A DNA stretch of 63,849 nucleotides, the filler included, from Intoshia linei (taxonomy: Eukaryota > Animalia > Orthonectida): NCBI GenBank assembly GCA_001642005.1. It is 5 parts of 5 records of this genome, joined end to end, with 100 filler letters (N's around TTAATTAATTAA, not from the genome) between each part and the next. Parts side by side here need not be neighbours in the genome. Positions count along the whole stretch, not along the records: positions 57,541 to 62,640 come from LWCA01001828.1; positions 62,741 to 63,849 come from LWCA01002821.1; 3 more parts are not named here. One strand, given 5' to 3'. Position 1 is the first letter of the stretch. Each line of letters starts with the position of its first letter. The notes beneath the pieces are model-generated. The model had not been told where the DNA came from. It saw only the letters and a list, made by a program, of their open reading frames with translations, and did no database searches. Positions 57,681 to 63,849 of the stretch are shown piece by piece. The position numbers and the translations under genes were made by a program.

Positions 57681-60600
57681 TACCATATACTTGTAGCTTG
57701 TTTTACATTTTACAACAAATCTCATTTTAAAATAACGAATATTCCTTAAAGGGTTAATAACAAATTATTATTTATTTCGTTTAAAAACAGGAAGTATAAT
57801 TTTTTTGTTATTAATATATTGAAATTATAAATGCAATCTACTAAAAATTATAAAAAAATATAGTTATTATATCATTATAAATATTTTAGCAAGTATTAAC
57901 CAATTATAAATATAAACTTTAACCACGTAATGGTGAGAAATAATATACCATTTCACTTTCAATATGATAAAAAATTAAAAATATACAAACATGTATTATT
58001 ATTGCTAATTCAAAGTAATAATACCATGTTACAATGTGATTTAAAACTATTATGTAAATAATAAGAAGAATTGTGACACAACAGTATCACATTGAATTTA
58101 GACACTATCACGTCGTTTGTAATTATTATCATATCGTAAGTAATGTGGTATAGAGTTCTGGGCGAATTGATATTTTCAGATTCGTACCACCCGTAAAAAT
58201 TTCTAGTATTTTATTATAACTTCACTACTACACATAGTAACATAGTGTTGTAGTATGATAATGTAATATTATTACTAATAATACGAATAAGGAGTCAATA
58301 TGGTATCATCAATTTTTTATTTTATATTCAATTTATACTAAACTTTTATATTCAAAATCAGTAAGTATCTCACATGTCAGATAGAAGTGGTCGGAGGGCA
58401 GTATTGTCTCCACCCTCTTTATATGTGATTTTAGGGTATATTGGAAAATTTTTTTTTTCGTACATTAGTAGATACCAAAAAATCTAAAAATTTTTTTTTT
58501 GATCATTAATTCAACAATATGTTAAATTAATCTCCGTTACAATGGAAAATGGGTGGAGAAACGTTATTACTCGTATACAATTATATTTAAGTGTATAATA
58601 TATGTTAATGATTCATACTTAGTACGTAAATTACTAATATAACCTAAATATATAATAGTATTTGTAATGATTCATGCAAATATTTATTCAATAAATTTCA
58701 ATTATGTCCAAAACATAAAATGAAAAATGATTTTCCGCAAGTTAAATGGCTATAAGCAATGCTTATTAAGCACATTTAAAAGTGATACCATATAACAGCA
58801 GTTGGAAAAATACGGCATATATGGAATATGATTATAATCATAATTTTCTACATTTTTACATTTTATTTTATGTATTCTAGTGGGTAAATGATTTAAATTT
58901 TACAACATCCTATATCACTGTCAATTACAAATTTTACAAAGTTTCGATTCACAAAACGATATTAAAATTAAACATTTTTTTGACAAAAATTTGATCTATA
59001 TAGTGTTTGCTCAAAAAATATAAATCTGTGTTATTAACATTTTACGATTCTAAAATTTAAGAATTAAACCACAATTTGACTCAAAAAAATAAAATATTTC
59101 CGTAATTTTAAGTTTTAATCATCTTTCTGAATAGTCAGATCCGAATCTATCATAGCCGAGGCCTCTAAAATCAGAAATAGGCATCTATAGCATTTTAGAA
59201 CTGGATGCGTTATTCTATATATCCCTTAACCGCTTCGTCACGGGTCTGGTCTTTGAGTTTAAATTAAAAACACAAAATAGTGATGAATTATCAATTTAGC
59301 TATGTTATTACAAATATGTAATTAATACTTTGAAATATCATCACTGATGATATCCTAAAATATAATTTTTTTATTATGCTCCATTTGAAAAAATGAGTTG
59401 CCCAATTAACAAAAACGTCGTCGAGTTCCGAATTGTGGCTACTATACGGTAGGTTCGACCCTGAGAATCATTATAAAGTTATAAGTTGTAAATATTAGTT
59501 AACAAGTAATGATTTGACTTACATTGTATTTGTATGATATAAAACAACTAATGAATTCAAGGACTTTTTTTTTAAAAAAAGAAAATTTGTGGTTTTGACT
59601 ATAAAGAACTCAATTTCTGTGGCACTCGAAAAAGTTTATTAGAAAGTGGGGCGTTTTAATTATGGGCCTGTTAATTTTTAAAATAAAAGACAACATACAC
59701 AGACATTTAATTTTATATAAGTAAAGGATAATATCGCAAATCAATGTACAAAGCTGTAAAAATTTGCAATTGAATGTTCTAATTATAATTAGATTAATAA
59801 TATAATTTTATCTATTGTATTACAATGTTTGAAAATATTTTCATTTTTTTTAGTTATATGTAATTTTTTATTATACTAATATTTTTTTAAGTACATTTAT
59901 TTATTCATATATGTATCGTATTAAAATATTTTTATGTTAATAGCATGTAAATTTTTTATTAAGTATATATTTTGTAAAATTATCATCTTTATGAAGTTTT
60001 TATACAATGGCTTACGAAAAAATAAATAATATCAATAAAATCCATTAACAATGTAAGATCAACAAATTTAGTGTATAATTATACAAATCCTATTATAATA
60101 GCATCACAATTACAATCAGAGTTTTTTTAACACAAAATTTACATTTATTATTCACATCAAACATTTCATAAAAAGTGTGCATTCGCTGATTTTATGGTGT
60201 AGACATTGAATGCTTTTTTTGAAAAATAAAAAAAAATTGGAATAAGAATAATTATGAAAATTAACAACAAAAGAGGTATGAATGGTTTTCATTATATTCA
60301 AATTTGTTGAACTATTTAAATATATTTTGTATTTATTATATAAATATTTAGTGTCTATAAGTAATATTTTCTACAATTAATCAATTATAGATTACAATTA
60401 TAAATACATTATTTTAAATTTAATTCAAATATTACAGCCGGTAAGTATTCTTAAAAAAACATAAATTTAATCAAAATGTTTCAGCTATTTACTTATTTTA
60501 ATTCCAATTCACATACTTAATGTATGCAATGTTTTATTAATAATATATATCCTTTAGTCGTAAATAGATATTATTATATTGCAAAGGGTATTAAATATAT

Positions 60601-60700
60601 TATATATTACTATGTTTACTGTTATGTACTACTTATAAACAGCACCTAGATCTGCTGATGGCACATTTTTATTTTACCAATGTGTAGAAACTGTGTAAAC

Positions 60701-61412
60701 CAGTGTTTCTCAACCTATTTTACTGCGTGGAACCCTTATGAAATTTCTAAAAATCGCGGCACCTAAAAGCATGATCAAAATTGTTTTTTCGTTATAACTT
60801 TTTAATTAAAAAAAATCTATTTTATTTATACTTGGAAAGCTTTTGTCACCAAAATTTAAATACTCATAATTTCTCGGGAAACCATTAATCGTATCCTCCT
60901 TGAGGTTTGATTGTCAGTAGTGGATGGTACTCTTATAAGTAACATCCTAAATTTTTTAAAGTTTTTTTTTTGAAGAGTTAATAACGCTCTTTGCCAAGAT
61001 CCCCATCTTCCCACAAGGAGTAAGGAACACACGGATTTTAGCCGGTAAAACCAGTTGCTTTCCTCACACTACGAAGAAGCATCCAGGCCCGTGATAGAGA
61101 ACTTTTTAGTTAAATTTTATTATATAGAGGTAAGTAACTTATTTAAATTATTTCAAGAGAGTTGGGCCAGTAAAAACCCACCTTCTTTACTATATTTTTC
61201 ATAAAGATAATCTGAATTATTATTACTTTTGAACATCATTTTTCAGGTACCCATACTCACAACGTATAATATTTTTTTGATTTAAATTTGAGAAATGATG
61301 TTGTTTCATTGCATACAACAGTAATTTAGAAAAACTTTAAATTGAAAAATATCGCATTTATATTTCACGGAACCCCAATTAAATTTCGCAGAACACGTGT
61401 TGAGAACAACTG
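60701..61412. mobile_element. hAT MITE inserted in a Helitron-family copy
   Basis: TIRs CAGTGTTTCTCAAC / GTTGAGAACAACTG and TSD GTGTAAAC / GTGTAGAC (1 mismatch). The right flank GTTCAATGGA...TGTAGGAT is Helitron-family sequence. Confidence 0.85.
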
Positions 61413-63849
61413 GTGTAGACGTTCAATGGATATTTTTTTTGATATTGTAGGATTAATATATACATTTTCAAATTTTATTTTAACTGTTAATGTTAAAATG
61501 TATCATCCACTATTAAATGTAAAGGTATATCAGATCTTGCAATACATTTATTGACTTTTTAAAACATATTGAAATCTATCATTGAAATTTAGCATTATAG
61601 TAAATTTTAATTTATCAAATAATGAGATTTAATGTTCAATTTAATGATATTTAAAATTATTATCAATAGAAAATGGTATTTCGTATTGTAAAATAATAAT
61701 TATTATCCTTACATTGAAATGTATAATATAATATATGAATAATAAATAATAAAAATAAAGTGATAATTTGAGGATGTTTAATATACATTATATAGAAGTA
61801 ATAACTAAATAAAACTTTATATAATAACTACATTATATAAATGTAGTGACTGCATTGTAGTCATATTTTTATACATAATATGTGTATATTCATAATTTTC
61901 GTATTCCAGTTTATCATTTCATTTATATGATTAGCTTTTGTGTAAATTTTATTATTATATTTATTATTTTACTGTATTCTCTAAATAAAATGTTAATATT
62001 TAGATACTTTACCAAACCCACTTGTTTTGAAATCAACAAATTGAAGCAGAAATGTCAATTAACTTGAAAAATTCCTATTCTGAATAATATATCTATTAGT
62101 TGTATCCATTGTAATACAATAACAAATTAAACCTTTGAAAATACACTGGGTAGTATAACATTATGGTACGGTGCCAAGTTTCTGGACTTTTTTAAAAGCA
62201 TCGAATTTTTTAATTTCAAATTATTCATAATTTCAGCAGTGTCGTCGCGTCATATTGTGAAAAATGTGCTGCGCACACTAGGGTGTAACATTTTTTTAAA
62301 AATTTTAGAATTTGATGGATGGTTAGCACTAACTGTGTGTATTTTTAAAACAGAAACTCTATTACATAATCAAAAACTACCATGATTAATATTCGCTGTG
62401 CGTTTAACATTTTAAATAAACCATTACTAATCTTATAGTAAAATTAAAATATAACTTTTTTAAAATCAGTGTTATAGTGAATTTTCATGTTTTTTAATTT
62501 ATGTATAATAATAAAATAAAATATTAAAATAATATATGTCATTTTATAATTTACTAGGTTGACTGTTATGTACTACGTATAAACCACACTACCTAGTTCT
62601 ACCGAAGGCAGATTTTTATTCTAGCAAAAAAATAAATTCANNNNNNNNNNNNNNNNNNNNNNNNNNNNNNNNNNNNNNNNNNNNTTAATTAATTAANNNN
62701 NNNNNNNNNNNNNNNNNNNNNNNNNNNNNNNNNNNNNNNNAATTTAACTTTCAACAGCGTTAGAAGCAATCGATGTTAATTTTTGAATTTTTTTGCTCCT
62801 ATTTTACAATTTTACTACAATTGTACTTAAAATATTTAAATTCCTAGTATGTTCTACCAAGTTTCAGAAAAAATGTTTTTACCTGTAGATGGTAAGTGAT
62901 GAAATAAGTAACTAAACGGTAATGATATATAATTGTGATTGCTTACTTGAATCTAAATATGTCATGCATTAATCTTTACTTTGTAAATACAAAAATTTAC
63001 AATATATTTAAAATTTAAAATAAAATAATAAATATATTTAAGTTATTCACCTTTTAAAATTCTATTTTTATGTGACTGTCTTATATACTGTCATATTGGG
63101 ATAAAATAAATTAATTAAGTTAACAAAATTTCCCCAATAGTTAAATTCAATTAAATTTAAATGACTTTATAAAAAATATTTTAAAATTATCAAATATATT
63201 CCGACTTAACACATGCCAACTTCCAACACAAAAGAGACAATATTTTTAACAATTTAACTATTATTCCTCAATTAATTATAAACCATTTGCCACGAAAATG
63301 ATATAATAAATATGTAATAAGTATTATGTATACTATAATAATAATTACACGAAATCTAGTCCACGCTAATAGCAACATTTAACTATAAAACTAATGTAAA
63401 AAAAGTTATATATAATATAATATTACCTTGCTTAAAATGTAATAGTTTCCACAAAAAATAATTTAACCGATAAAATTGCATTAGAAAAATAAAACAAGCA
63501 CTAAATTATAATTCTTTTACAGAGTCCAACCTTGTAAATTACTTTATAAAAATATACCCTAGAAAGGATGAAACTTTCCAGACTAATGTAATTTTCAATT
63601 TTTTTGTCTTGTATTTATTATTCAGACTATATAAAATTTTATAGAAACATACAAAATTAAAATTTTGTTATCAACATTTAATAAATCAACTCAAGAGACT
63701 CAACCGTAATAATAAATATAATTTAAAAAAAAATAAATTCAACAAAAATATTTTTATAAAAAATGTTATCACCTATTAGTTAAATATTGTAACCAGATTA
63801 AAAAGAAATTCTACGTCCAACTCATGGGTAAGTTTATATACTTTTTCAA

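Overview
Very AT-rich eukaryotic (animal) genomic scaffold with many ~30-55 nt GT-AG introns plus a few introns inflated by DNA-transposon debris, and four artificial 100-nt gap spacers (N-TTAATTAATTAA-N). The innexin, micro-introns and strongly divergent proteins fit a compact invertebrate genome; it resembles the orthonectid Intoshia, which is inference only. Spliced genes reconstructed by hand: a coiled-coil protein (+), HAD-IIA phosphatase (-), innexin (-), polyprenol reductase SRD5A3 (-), an orphan (-), PPP1R37-like LRR protein (+), AGPAT5 (-), ERCC8/CSA (+), DENR (-), ANKZF1/Vms1 (+), RPS8 (+) with two SNORD51-like C/D snoRNAs upstream of its exon 2, and a GH31 alpha-glucosidase (+, truncated at a gap). 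Mobile DNA: a DD37E/TRT-type Tc1 relic, Buster-type hAT deletion derivatives with 8-bp TSDs, MULE derivatives with 9-10-bp TSDs, a piggyBac-like MITE, hATm-like relics, and an abundant non-autonomous Helitron family. Most notable: the ERCC8-DENR-ANKZF1 block, where the ERCC8 and DENR coding sequences overlap antisense by 21 nt, the DENR and ANKZF1 ATGs are 40 nt apart, DENR lacks 3 of 4 Zn-binding cysteines and ANKZF1 appears to lack ankyrin repeats. Also notable: two different hAT MITEs at the same 8-bp site of the Helitron family, tandem Helitron 3' ends, and a poly(A)-tailed insert with a partial HDV-like ribozyme fold. All exon structures and family assignments are by eye and from recalled sequences, not database searches.
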